Part shown: positions 37,347 through 49,100 of the stretch, piece after piece
How the letters are laid out: every line of letters starts with the position of its first letter
Numbering within the stretch: position 1 is the stretch's first letter
Origin: Azolla caroliniana
Lineage: Eukaryota > Plantae > Polypodiophyta
Length of the DNA: 64,000 nt
Assembly (NCBI GenBank): GCA_043228905.1
Contig: JBHGNT010000018.1
Span: forward strand, 10,478,001-10,542,000
Direction: 5' to 3'
Notes under the pieces: model-generated
Databases searched by the model: none
What the model was told of the DNA's origin: nothing
What the model saw: only the letters and a program-made list of their open reading frames with translations
Translations under genes and position numbers: made by a program

Positions 37347-40300
37347 CTAAAAGTCACTGTCATCTTCCTCAGCAATATGCTTTGCCAATTCCTGTTCCTG
37401 CTGTTGTCGTTCACGCCTTTTCTCCGCACTCTCAAGCTCTTTCTTATGGGCATTAGGTGGAAAACAAAGTGCTCGTACGGCTTCATTGTGTGTGTTGAGA
37501 CAGAACGCAATTCTGGAGTGGAAAGCAGCCTGTGGCTCATTGGATGAGTAAATATCACCCATTTCTTTAGATTGCATCCATCCATTAGCATGATCTACAG
37601 AAGCCTCTATACCACCGTCTCTAACAGCCTTCGCCACAATACTTTCAGCATCAGCAACTGCAGTTGCAGAGTTCAACCTGAGCTTTCCTGCCACATCTAC
37701 AAGTGAGATGCGTGAATATGAGATACTAATATTCCTGAGCCCAGTTCGGATCACATTGTGCCTCAAACGTACAATGAGATTATGAGTCCTATCAGCATGA
37801 AACACGCCTGTATAATTCTCAGCCACACTATGAAACAGTGCAAGATCACCAATCCGAACAGCCTGTACATCATCAGCACATTTAAAACTCACAGATGCAA
37901 ATAAGTTCTAATTGAGCTAAATAAATAAGAATGTAAAGGAAAGAAATATCACATTTGTTAATTCAAAGTATGGCTTGAGAGCATTTTTCATTCCAGGTTG
38001 CATGAAAGTTGTTCTTTCAGGTATTTCTCCAAGCAACAATCTCACAATTGAAGCCCATTTGTTACATTGAATGCGGAAACCTCTTGCTTTGGCAGGAGCC
38101 TTTCGTGCTGCTTGTAAAAGACTGTCTTTAGCATCTGTATACTCAAGTTGTATTGTCCTAATCCTTCCCAAATAGTACAAGTAGCGGCATAGCTGTGGCA
38201 GAATAGTTTATTAATCTATATATTGTGGTGAATCTCAAAATAGATTGACACCTGCAACTACCTGCTGATTTGAATGAGATTCAACACGTTGTGCTTTAGC
38301 TCGCAACTTTTCTGCCTGGTCGTAGAGATTGTAATGTAGGTAGTTCCTCAAAAGAAGATTCAGCAGAGTTTCCTATAGAAAAAATCGCTCTTGATTAATG
38401 TGCATGAGATTCTTTTATGAAACAGAGAAACCAATTATACCTGACCTAGTTCGTCGCGACGTAAAGTAGCTGTTCGGTGAAGGGCCAACAATGTACTGAA
38501 ACAACCATAAGTTCTGAACTTCAGAAGCAACAACTAAGCACAATAGTGGAGAGATCATGTTTGGTTTTTACAACAATTACATAGATCATTGGTTATATAT
38601 TGGGAATTAAATACCCACCCTCGTATGTCAAGAAGAGAATCTGTCAATTCATAAATATAAGAGTAGAAAAAATATAGCTTTGCCGCAATTACATCCACAG
38701 TTCTCCTATTCAGTGTTTTTAGACGGTTGATAGCTGCAGAAGCACATTCTTTACCCTGCATACAAAGCATTTTATTATGACTATTTTCAACAATAGTTCA
38801 TTCCAACATTTCCCAAGATATCCAATTATTACCTCTTTGAATTGCTTTTGGTCAATTAAGAAGACAAGCACTAGGAGATAGCATAGGATCTCTAGTTCTG
38901 GGAGCACAGTTGTTTTGTGTGAAATTGCATTAGTTGCTACGATGGGGTTGTCGATTTCCATGTCCTTCCCAACATCCTAAAAAAAGAATATAACGGATAG
39001 AAGATAGAAGATAAGGTTATAAAGCAAACATAGAAAGGTGTTACATAATTTAAGTTTTTATGTGTGCTCACAAGGATGTAGCTCATACAAGAGTATAGTA
39101 TCTATAGATGAACTGTGATTTATAAGAAAAGTACAGACTTTGCATGTAGTTCTAATTGATATGACATGCATATGTTCTTTTAACGGTAGCTTTGCATATT
39201 CATGCCAAGCTTCAAATGAAGTTCAGCCATATATGATTTCTTTTCCTCACGGGGCCATTTCAAGTAGCTCTTGCCTATCTCTATGCAAATCCTCTGAGTC
39301 ACTTCTTGTTGCAAATATCCCCTCATATCGTGGAATTCATCATCATAACAAAACTTTTGTACAGTTCTACTCAAGTCAATATGCTGAAAACTGTTGTGAG
39401 AGGAAAGAAATGTGATCACAAAATGCAACGACAACAGCCCTTGTGTGTTTTAAAGAATGTGAAAGTATTTGATCTTTTCTGTTGGAACAAGACATTGTAA
39501 GACTACCCACAAAGCAAGAAAGTGTTATCGCATTATGTTACATCTCCAATATCTTGAGCTTGTGGTTTTACGCCCCATTTCTACAGCTGCACTGCTTCTG
39601 CTCAAGTCTACTGGTCCATGGTACCTCCCTACCAACTATCTAGTCGTATTACCGTTGTAAATGTGTTTTTATATAATTAATTTCATATTTTTGCCGATAT
39701 ACCTATATCAAGACTAAGGATATCCATCTTTTGTTAGAGAGGGAGAGAGAGAAGAAAGGGGGCGAGGCGTTGTACTCTTGAAAGGCACAAGATTATGCAC
39801 AGAAGTATTTAACAAAGAGTAATTAACTATAGTTTAAAATTCTGTGTATACATCTTTTTTAGAGAGAAGAGGGCATAAAGTTGTACTATTGAAATGCAGG
39901 AGACTATACATGGATGTGTTTGACAAAGAAGAACAGAACTACTTTTAAAACAACGAACTCTGAGGCTACTTGTCAGAACTTATAACCAATAACTAGGAAC
40001 TCTGAGTGAAATTTGGGATCAAGTCAAAGAATGTAGTATCTGACAAAGAGGAACAGTCGCCATGTTACATAATTGAACTTGTGATAACATCGCATCCTAA
40101 ACTCTGGGTGGAAATTTTTAACAAGTCAAAAGATTCAGATAATGGAGATTATTTAATAGATGAATTGAGGGTACTAGTCAGAAGTATTACCAAATCGCAT
40201 TAAACTCCAGATGAGAAATTTGGAACAAATCAAATAACACCCCACTCATTTTAAATATGTGAGCCAGACTACTTGTCAAAAATCATAACACAACCCTAAA

Positions 40301-42591
40301 CCTCAATGTGATATTCCGGGAATGACTCGGAGAAAATTTATATAGTGAAAGATTTCAATTTGACATAAAACCAGAAGTGAGTTAGAATTCCCAACTCTAA
40401 TCATTTGGAACAAATTTTGGTATTAAACTACTGAGTTGGGGTCTCGAATTTTAGAAGCTAGTGTATAAATAGCATATGCCCCTTACAGAGAATCCGACAA
40501 ATACTTTTTCTGCACTGTTCATCATATTCCTTTCCAAAATTTGAGGCGTATATCATACCACGTATGGTACTTTTAGGATTCTGAGCCAAATTTTTATTTG
40601 TTTGTAGTATGGTTTTCATATAGACAAACTGTGTAGAGAAGTCAAAGACACAGACTGTCATCTCTTTTGTATGGACATTCATGTATTACATACAATATGT
40701 GTTTTTGACTCTCATATCTTTTTTGTGTTGTCAACTGTATTACATACAATGTGCTTCTCAACTCTGACTCAAATTTTTGTTATATTATTCAGATTTTCTC
40801 AGTGTATTTTTATGCTTTAGATTCAAATACTTGTTTGATGCTAAATGTCAAGTAAATGGTGTTGTGATTCCATCTCTCCATTCTAGGACCAAGTCCTGGC
40901 ACAATCCCATGTGACTAATAAATGATATGGGGTAGACTAGGCAAGTCATTTCAAGCATAACATGCATGGATCACTTACTATGGCATCCATAGCCAAATCA
41001 TCAATGCACAAAAGTAGGTATGAGATAATATATATATGATCTGCTGCACTAATGTAAACGCAAACCATGAAGAAGTCTAACACTAAGACAGTGAAAGTAT
41101 TTTAAACACATATAAACAATATCTATACATAGGAAAACATTCAAGAACACAGTTAAAGAGACCACTGATTCATCCAGGTTTATCTAGCATAGTTGAAAAT
41201 TATCAAGAAATCAATCAACCAATTTAAACCTACCTAATGAATCGTACAAGTTATTAACCTTCATCCAAAATTTTACTGGTTTAGTATAATCCAGCAATTG
41301 AGATTCCATACCCACTTTTAATACGATTAAAGAAGACATAAACTTACAAAGGTGAACCATGACCACCTAAAAAAGTATAGGACTGGCAAAAGATCCATTG
41401 AGGAGAAATTACTTGTAAGGATGTGAACCTTGTAAGGATGTGAACAACTTATAGATGTCTGGGAATAAGAACAAAATCTTCCCATTACCAAACGAGCCTG
41501 ACTTAAAACAGATTATGTACGCAATCATTACCACATGAGTGGAATGTAATCAGATATTAGTAAATTTAACAAACAGGAATTCTCTGGCAGTAGTTAAATG
41601 ATTACTATGTTTTGCTCCCTCTATGAAAGCATATAATTGTTTCTAATTCTGCATTTTCCTAGGGTCCCATTGTTTGCTACCTAAAATTTTGACATTACAA
41701 ACTTTATCTAGTATATACAAGAGAATGTTATTCCAAAAGAAGCCCATCTGAAGAGCCAGGAGTGAGATGAACGTTTAACAAACAGTGGAAGTTTAATTAC
41801 TTTCATGAATCCTTGAGCTATGTTTTAAAACTCCAACTACAGTCAAAGATTCTAAAAATTCCTTGAGAACAAACAAATAAAACTCTAAAACGGGAAGGAT
41901 GATTTTGGGAAGCCATGACTTGTTGCAAAGGAACATTTTCTTGTGAACCTTACAAGAAACAAACTAGGGAAAAAACACATAATCGGGCGAACAGGTCCGA
42001 AATAATAATAATAAGAAGAAGAAGAAGAAGTTCAGATCCGTTTCTCTGGTTCTTTCACTTGAGCTGAGAAAGGTAATATTTCGAGTATATCAATAAGACC
42101 AGATCTGATCCTCCTATTTTTCGCCTTCTTTCTTTCATTATTATTTTGGGTTCGTCCTTTCTTTCTTTATTTCGGTTTGAGCTGAGATTATAGTAAGAAT
42201 ACTGACCTTGGAAACGTAAGTCAGAAGGCGAGAGAGATGATCAGAACCAGAAGGGAAAACGTGTTTGAGGAAGGAAACGATCAACGGAGCTCGGAGGCGA
42301 TGTCTAAGCAACATCAGCATGCGCAGAGAGCGACCGATCTGGCGCATCTCCTTCGACAAAACCCCTCGCTCCACAGACAAAGCCACGCTCTTGAGCTCTG
42401 AGAATTGCACGCGAAGGAGAAATTTCAGTTATCCATTCTTCAGAAGAATGGATAGGCATACAGAGACACAGAGAAAGAGGGATCGACTTACGCTGGAGAG
42501 TAGAGGGAGGAGGAGAGGCCACAACTATCTCTGTCGTAGCTACTGGGGTCTCTGTAGATTCCTTCATGTCGACGTCGTTCGAGACTGCCAT
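37347..42591 (-). CDS. RPN3: 26S proteasome non-ATPase regulatory subunit 3 (lid, PCI domain); 8 exons, about 497 aa
   Basis: Exons 42591-42492, 42397-42207, 38976-38833, 38755-38619, 38495-38441, 38372-38262, 38192-37953 and 37862-37347. All introns are GT-AG and the exons total 1494 nt in frame. Motifs [70 protein letters not shown]. Confidence 0.96.
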
Positions 42592-42875
42592 TGCTGGAAG
42601 AAAGAGGGAGAGGGAGCGTCTGTCTGTGTGCAGAAGAAACCGCAGCCCTAACTCGCAAACCACGAACGTCTTTCTTTCGTTCGTTCGTTCGTTCTTTCTT
42701 TCTGCAGCACGTCTTCCTTCCGCCTGCAGAGTTCAGCAAACGAACAACGCCTGCTAAGCTAGCTAAAGTAAAATGTGTGTGTGTGAGTAGAAATAACATT
42801 TGTTACTACTACTACCGCCTATATTGCTATTGGTGTGTGTGTGGTTTGGTCCGTCGGTGTCGGTGTCGGTGTCGG

Positions 42876-43600
42876 TGAGTTATATAACTTATGCCCATCC
42901 AATGTGCCGGACCTTTCTGATGAACCTAAAACATGGGGGGCTCAATACAATCTCAAAACACAGTTGGGAGAAGAGATATCAAGCCAAAACTATGATTAAC
43001 TAGCATTCAGACTTAATCGTGATTACAAGAAGGTCTCATTACAAGCTCCTCTGAGCTGACTACAATTAAGGAGAGTGAGAGGAGAGAGAATGAACCAAAA
43101 TGAGGAGAAGCTCCTCAATATATACGCCAAGGGGGTCGTTTTTGGGCTACCAAAGCCATTATGCCAAGAGATGACTCTTGCGCTACGCAAATCGTTATGC
43201 CAAGAGGTGGCTCTTGGGCTCCCCTAGCGTTAGTCATTAGGACCGGTTTTCCCAAGCCCGGGAGGCACTCCTTTTGTAGTAGGTTCTAGGACTTGGTCTT
43301 TCGTGAGTTCCAACTCAAGTTGGGACTACTATTCCCAACCTAAGGGTGGTGCCCCTTTTTTGGGACTAGGACGGAGATTGGGATTAGTTCCCTTCTTGGG
43401 TCCCAACTTTAGTTGGGATTGGTGGATATGTGGGACTGTCCCAACCCAAACCCTACTTGGGTTATGCTCGTGCCAAATTCAATTGGGACTTCATGGGTCA
43501 CTCGTTTTGAGGCTCCTTGGTTCCCTCATGACTGATTTTAGGGCTAGTTTTGGGTTGGCACTATTTAGGGACACACATTCACCCCCATCCCCTGGAGCTT
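42876..43600 (-). mobile_element. Probable 3' LTR (about 42876-43577) with PPT of a truncated LTR element
   Basis: On the minus strand, GGGGATGGGGGTGAA|TGTGTGTCCC; TATA-like TATATATT near 43117-43125; a CA end is plausible at 42876. No partner LTR or TSD seen. Confidence 0.5.
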
Positions 43601-43656
43601 GAGTCTTGTAAATAATCAAGTGTATGATTATGTCGTGTGGAAAAGGGTTAGAGGTG

Positions 43657-44128
43657 TGAGTGTGTAAGAGTAAGAGTAAGAGAGAAGAGACAATATATGA
43701 AACAGAAACTGTATATTCACAAGAAGATGAACGACAAGCAACAATTACAAGGTGAGAGAGGAGGGTTCTTACAAGGTCACCCTCTCTCTACATTCTCTCG
43801 AAGGGAAGGAAGATGTGATCATGACAAGGTGGAAAGATGCTCTCTTGAAAGGAATGCCAAAAATCACGCAAAGGCATTCTAATACCATGGATGAGTGTGT
43901 AAGAGTAAGAGTAAGAGAGAAGAGACACAATATATGAAACAGAAACTGTATATTCACAAGAAGATGAACGACAAGCAACAATTACAAGGTGAGAGAGGAG
44001 GGTTCTTACAAGGTCACCCTCTCTCTACATTCTCTCGAAGGGAAGGAAGATGTGATCATGACAAGGTGGAAAGATGCTCTCTTGAAAGGAATGCCAAAAA
44101 TCACGCAAAGGCATTCTAATACCATGGA
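43657..44128. repeat. Near-perfect tandem duplication (235 + 237 bp)
   Basis: Units 43657-43891 and 43892-44128 differ visibly only by a 2-bp indel. Confidence 0.92.
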
Positions 44129-44129
44129 T

Positions 44130-45040
44130 GTGTTAGATGCAAATGATCAATATAAAATCGAAAAATGAAAGAATAATATTGTCATTAGAGGTATGCAAGA
44201 GAATGCATTATCTCTTGCAAAGAATATTACGAAATTCTTTGAAGGTCACTTTGCCATGTGAGATGTTATTGTATATGACGCACATAAGGTTGGCAAAAAC
44301 CAACTAGAGGGAAAGTCATCTCGAGCTATTGTTTGCACAATCTTAGATGAGCCTAAAAGGCTATCATTCTAGATAGTAGTAAGGTGTACCTAAAAGGGAC
44401 AAGTTTCTTTGTAACGGAGGATAGAACTCCACAAGAGCAAGAACGTAGAAGGCAAGCATATGCATATAGGAAATCAAATCATAATGCATAGCAAGCAACG
44501 ACCTATGGAACTATAAATACTTCAAGATTGAAAGTAATGTTTTGCATTGTCAAGTATATCCATGGAATAAGGGTTTAGGACTCAATGATGTAGCTCAAGG
44601 TATGGATATTATATTTTTGGCTGAAACATGGGAGCATGAGGCAAAACATATACCTAAGATAGATGGTTACCTTATAAAATCGATATGGCCTCACTCCAAA
44701 GGGAATATTGGGTGTGTCGGGATAGCATGTATCTACCATGAGAGCTTAGATAATTCTATCAAAGTATGCAAATATGATGACTATAAGAGATACAATGATA
44801 TGGATAGAGGTTAATTTGGGGAGAGAGAAGCTCTATATAGTTGCATGTTACATTCCTCACAAAGACTCAAACTACTATAGTTGGTTTGGGTTAGATTGTG
44901 ACGATCCTTTTACAAAATTATGCCATGATATACTTTCATTTGAGAAGATTGGTAAAGTGTTAATTATGGGAGATTTTAATGCAAGAGTTGTCAATTTCCA
45001 AAATGTGGAGACATTTGAAGAAAATGTAGTAGAACATTGT
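44130..45040 (+). mobile_element. LINE remnant: end of ORF1 and AP-endonuclease start (non-L1 type ORF1)
   Basis: NNIVIRGMQE..YLKGTSFFVTEDRTPQEQERRR; DIIFLAETW; IVACYIP; LIMGDFNARV. Confidence 0.75.
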
Positions 45041-46182
45041 CTATTGCATGACTCAAATATGTGGAACATGTCAATATGGAAAGCAAAATAGGTTGCCTTT
45101 ACCGCATGAAGGACACATAAGCAAAATTTGTTAGATTTGGTACATACAAATGTATGGGGACCAACAAAAATTGCATCAACTGGTGGTTGCCAGTTTTATG
45201 TAACTTTCATAGATGATTGCCCAAGGAAACCATGGATTTATTTCATGAAAGAGAAGAGTGAAGTATTTGATTGTTTTTATAAATTCAAATGCATGGTAGA
45301 AAAGCAAGTTGGAACTAGGATAAAATGTCTAAGGTTTGATGGAGGAGGAGAATCTTCTCCAATGAATTCTCTGATTTTCTATGCAATCAAGGAATAAGGA
45401 GATAGTTCACATGTAGATATACTCCACAACAAAATGGAGTGGTTGAAAGGAAAACAGAACATTGGCAAACATAACAAGAGCTATGATGACAGAAAAAATG
45501 TCATTGTATTACTGGGCTGAAGCTATAAATAGGGCTAACTATATTCTAAATGGATGCATAACATCTAGAGTACATGTTGCAACTCCTGAAGAATGTTGTA
45601 ACTCCTAGTTTAGAACACTTAAAAGTGTTTGGATGCCTTGCTTAGAAGTAAGCTTGATCCAAACGCTGAAAAATGTGTTTTTAATGGGATATTCAGAGGA
45701 GCAAAAAGGGTATAAATGTTATCACCCTTTGACAAAAACGATTGTAGTCGGCTGTGATGTAATATTTGATGAGTTGGGCAATTGGTATAGCCCAAAACAG
45801 AATGCGAAAATTGATGAAGACAATGAAAATGTAGATAGAAATAAATATGAAAATGAAAGTGATTGCTATGGGAATGGAAACAAGGTTGAATAGCAAAGTT
45901 CAACATCGATAGCATGTATTGAACCATCAGAAAACTCTGGTAGTAAATCTGAATCGAATGCTTGGAGTGGGAAAAATGTACGACATAAAAAATATGATGA
46001 TAAAAAGGGAAAACAGAAGATGCTAGAATATGAAATGTTTGATGAAGGATCTAGAAACATGGAAGATGTAGATTGTGATGTATCATTGGATTAAGAGCTG
46101 GGTACACAAGTCGTTGTCGTGGAGAAAACTGTCCCTAGGCGGAAACTGCGTATAACGTGTGTAAACCGGCCCTTACACGTGG

Positions 46183-49100
46183 CGATTGGCCGGATTCCCT
46201 CGGGTGACGATGCCGGGCATCCACGCGGAGGTGCTTGAGGTACGGGCTGAGAGTCAGACCTGGGAAGAGTTTGAAGGTCGGCTCCTTGAAAAATACGGGC
46301 TTGATGATGCGCTTCGGTTGTCGAAGCGGGACTTCAGGGAATGGGTGGAGACCCCCCAAAAGGGGAGAAACGTGTCGGTGATCCTTCAGGAGTTTGAAGA
46401 ACGCTTCACACGACTTTCAGCGTTGGACCTCACCATGCTGGACACGAGTCATGTCCTATTGTTCGTTAAATTGGTGGACGCAAGGAACCGGGAGCAAGTG
46501 GGCTTCCTGCTGGAGACCGATGACGGCCTAACAACCGACTGGGCCATGGTAAAGAGAGTCTGCGACCGTTTTGACAAACGACGTGAGTGGGTGTAAAGGC
46601 TTGACGGGGACGGGTTCTGTTGCGACAAGGAAGGTCGAGGTACCCCCACCGGCGTGAAGGGAAGAGACCCGAGACTGGCTCGAGACCGGCTAGACTTCGA
46701 CCGGCATGGTCAAAGGCTTGTCCGGAGGAGCAGCTCTGGAGGAGTTGACTCAGATGGTGAGGGACCTCTAGATCGCGCAAGCACGGAGGGACGGCGGCGA
46801 ACAAGTCCGTGACCGAAGGCCTCCGACTGGGAGCCGGTGCTTGTGGTGCGACGTGGTCGGCCACGCCCGAAAGGACTGCGGGGACTTCGCTGAAGTGATA
46901 AGAGCTAACGTGGTTTACCTATGGAACAATCGAGTGCACGCTAGCGAGACTCGGAGGGCCCTGGATTTGAATGTCGGACGAGGGGGTATGAAACGACTGA
47001 TTGAAGAAGTGGTGGCTCGTCACGCGGAGACCGTCCACTACTCGGCGTCGGCTGGAATCCGGGTCGGAAGCGATGAAGACCGGAAGACGAAGGAAGCCAG
47101 ATTCTGGCCGGTGATGCTGGAAGGCCTCACCGGCGTAAGGCTGAAGAAAGAGGAAGCGAACCGCGCGGAAAGACGGGTCCGAGAGGTAACCGGGTGGAGT
47201 GACCCGGTCGAAGAGAAGACAGGCTTTGTGGAAGCCGCGTGCCAGAACTACGAGGTTCTGGTGGAAGACAAGCGAATGGGAAAGACCGGGGGGGGCGGAC
47301 CCTCACAACGGTATGAGACCCGGTTCGGGCCGAAGTAGAGTGATATCAATGCATCCTGTGCACCGGACAAGGCCAAGAAGGCCAGTTATCGGTTGAGCAT
47401 GGAGATTGAAAGGACCACGGACCTACGAAAGGTCCTAGAGGAACGGATCCTCGATAGCAAAGTGGAGCTGTCGTTGGGGGAAGTGCTCGGTATCGCCAAG
47501 AAGGAGTTCCACGACTCCATCGTAGACTTGGTGAAACGGAAAAGGCTTTCAACGGAGCCAGAGCCAGAGAAGCCGGTGGAGGTGCGGACGACGCACCTAG
47601 AAGACATGGCCCTAGAGGAAGAATTGGCAGAAAGCCACTACTCGAGGCTACATTGGGCTAGGGCCACTACGGAAACCCCTATTCGGATCGAGGACGTCCA
47701 GGAGCCGGTGGTGGCGTTGGTAGACCACAATTCGGAGATCAACTTGATGTCCATGGACTTCTACAAGAAGGGAAAGTGGCCGATCAACACCAAGCACGGG
47801 TGGAAAATACGGGCAGCAACGCGCTCCACGGAGGAGCTACACGGAGCCTGCCCGAATGTACGAGTGAAAATCGGCGATGTCGAGATCGACCAACACTTCT
47901 TCATGCAGGAGACGTCCTCGCATCCGGTGATACTCGGAGAACCGTACATCAGGGCGGCGCACATGGAGACAAAGGTGCTGGACAACGGTTCGGCATATGC
48001 ACGAGTCAAGAGCTAGGATGGGCGTCACTCGGTCCAGTTCCTGATGGTGCGACCGAACCATGAGCGTAATCGCGAGACCCTCGGTGCTGAAAACCGAGGG
48101 GATTTTTAGAGAGGGCTATCGAGGCGTGGGGCCGCGATAGTCCGGACACCCCGGAAAAACCCCACAGATGTACTATAGGCGAAAAGACCTGTACCATTGG
48201 TAGAAAATTTTGGTTCTCTGATAGCGAAGGTTGTACGATAGCCAGCGTAGTTGGCCGGGAAAAGAAGCGGGCGGAGGAGCGACTTCGGGCACGGGGAGTC
48301 CTCGGCCCTGAAGAGGAAATCAACGGAGCCGTGGAGGCGGTCTCTTTCGACGACAAATTGGGGAAGTTACGGGAGGTGTTCGGAGAAGGCCTTAATGAGG
48401 ACCAGACGATTCCGGTATGTTCGGAAAAGATGTCCGAAGTCATCGCCGACTTCGGTAGTGGACTCGAGTCGAATCGGAAGGCCCGAGTGGATACGAAGTA
48501 CAAGGCTGTGGACCGAAAGGTGAGGCTAGTCGCGGCACCCTTGCTGGAGGACAGCGAGTTACGAATAAAGGGGGTCGCGTCGGACCCAAGTTTATGAGAT
48601 CCGGTTAGCATGGGACACACGTTCACTGACATAACGCTACGGGAGCTCAAGATCGGTGGGGATGGTTTTCTACTGCCGGCAGAAGAGGACCGGTTTCGGA
48701 GAATGCTCGGGAGGCACGGGAAGGCTTTCGCATTCTCACTGGAGGAGATCGGGTGCGTAGACCCAAAAGTTGTGGAACCAATGGTGATCTTCATGGTACC
48801 GCATGTGTCGTGGAATCTCAAACTGATTCCGGTACCCAAAGCTCACATCCCGAAGCTGATGGAGCTGCTGAAACAGAAGGTGGAGATGGGCATCCTCGAA
48901 CCATCGAGTGCCCCATATTCGAATCGGTGGTTTACCGTGCTGAAGAAGAACGACACACTGCGCTTCATACAGGACCTGCAACCGGTCAACAAGGTGACCA
49001 TTCGAAACGCAGGTATCGGACCAACCATCGATGAGTTCACGGAGGCCTTCACAGGGAGGTCGATCTACTCGGTCGGGGACCTGTACTTAGGGTACGATCA

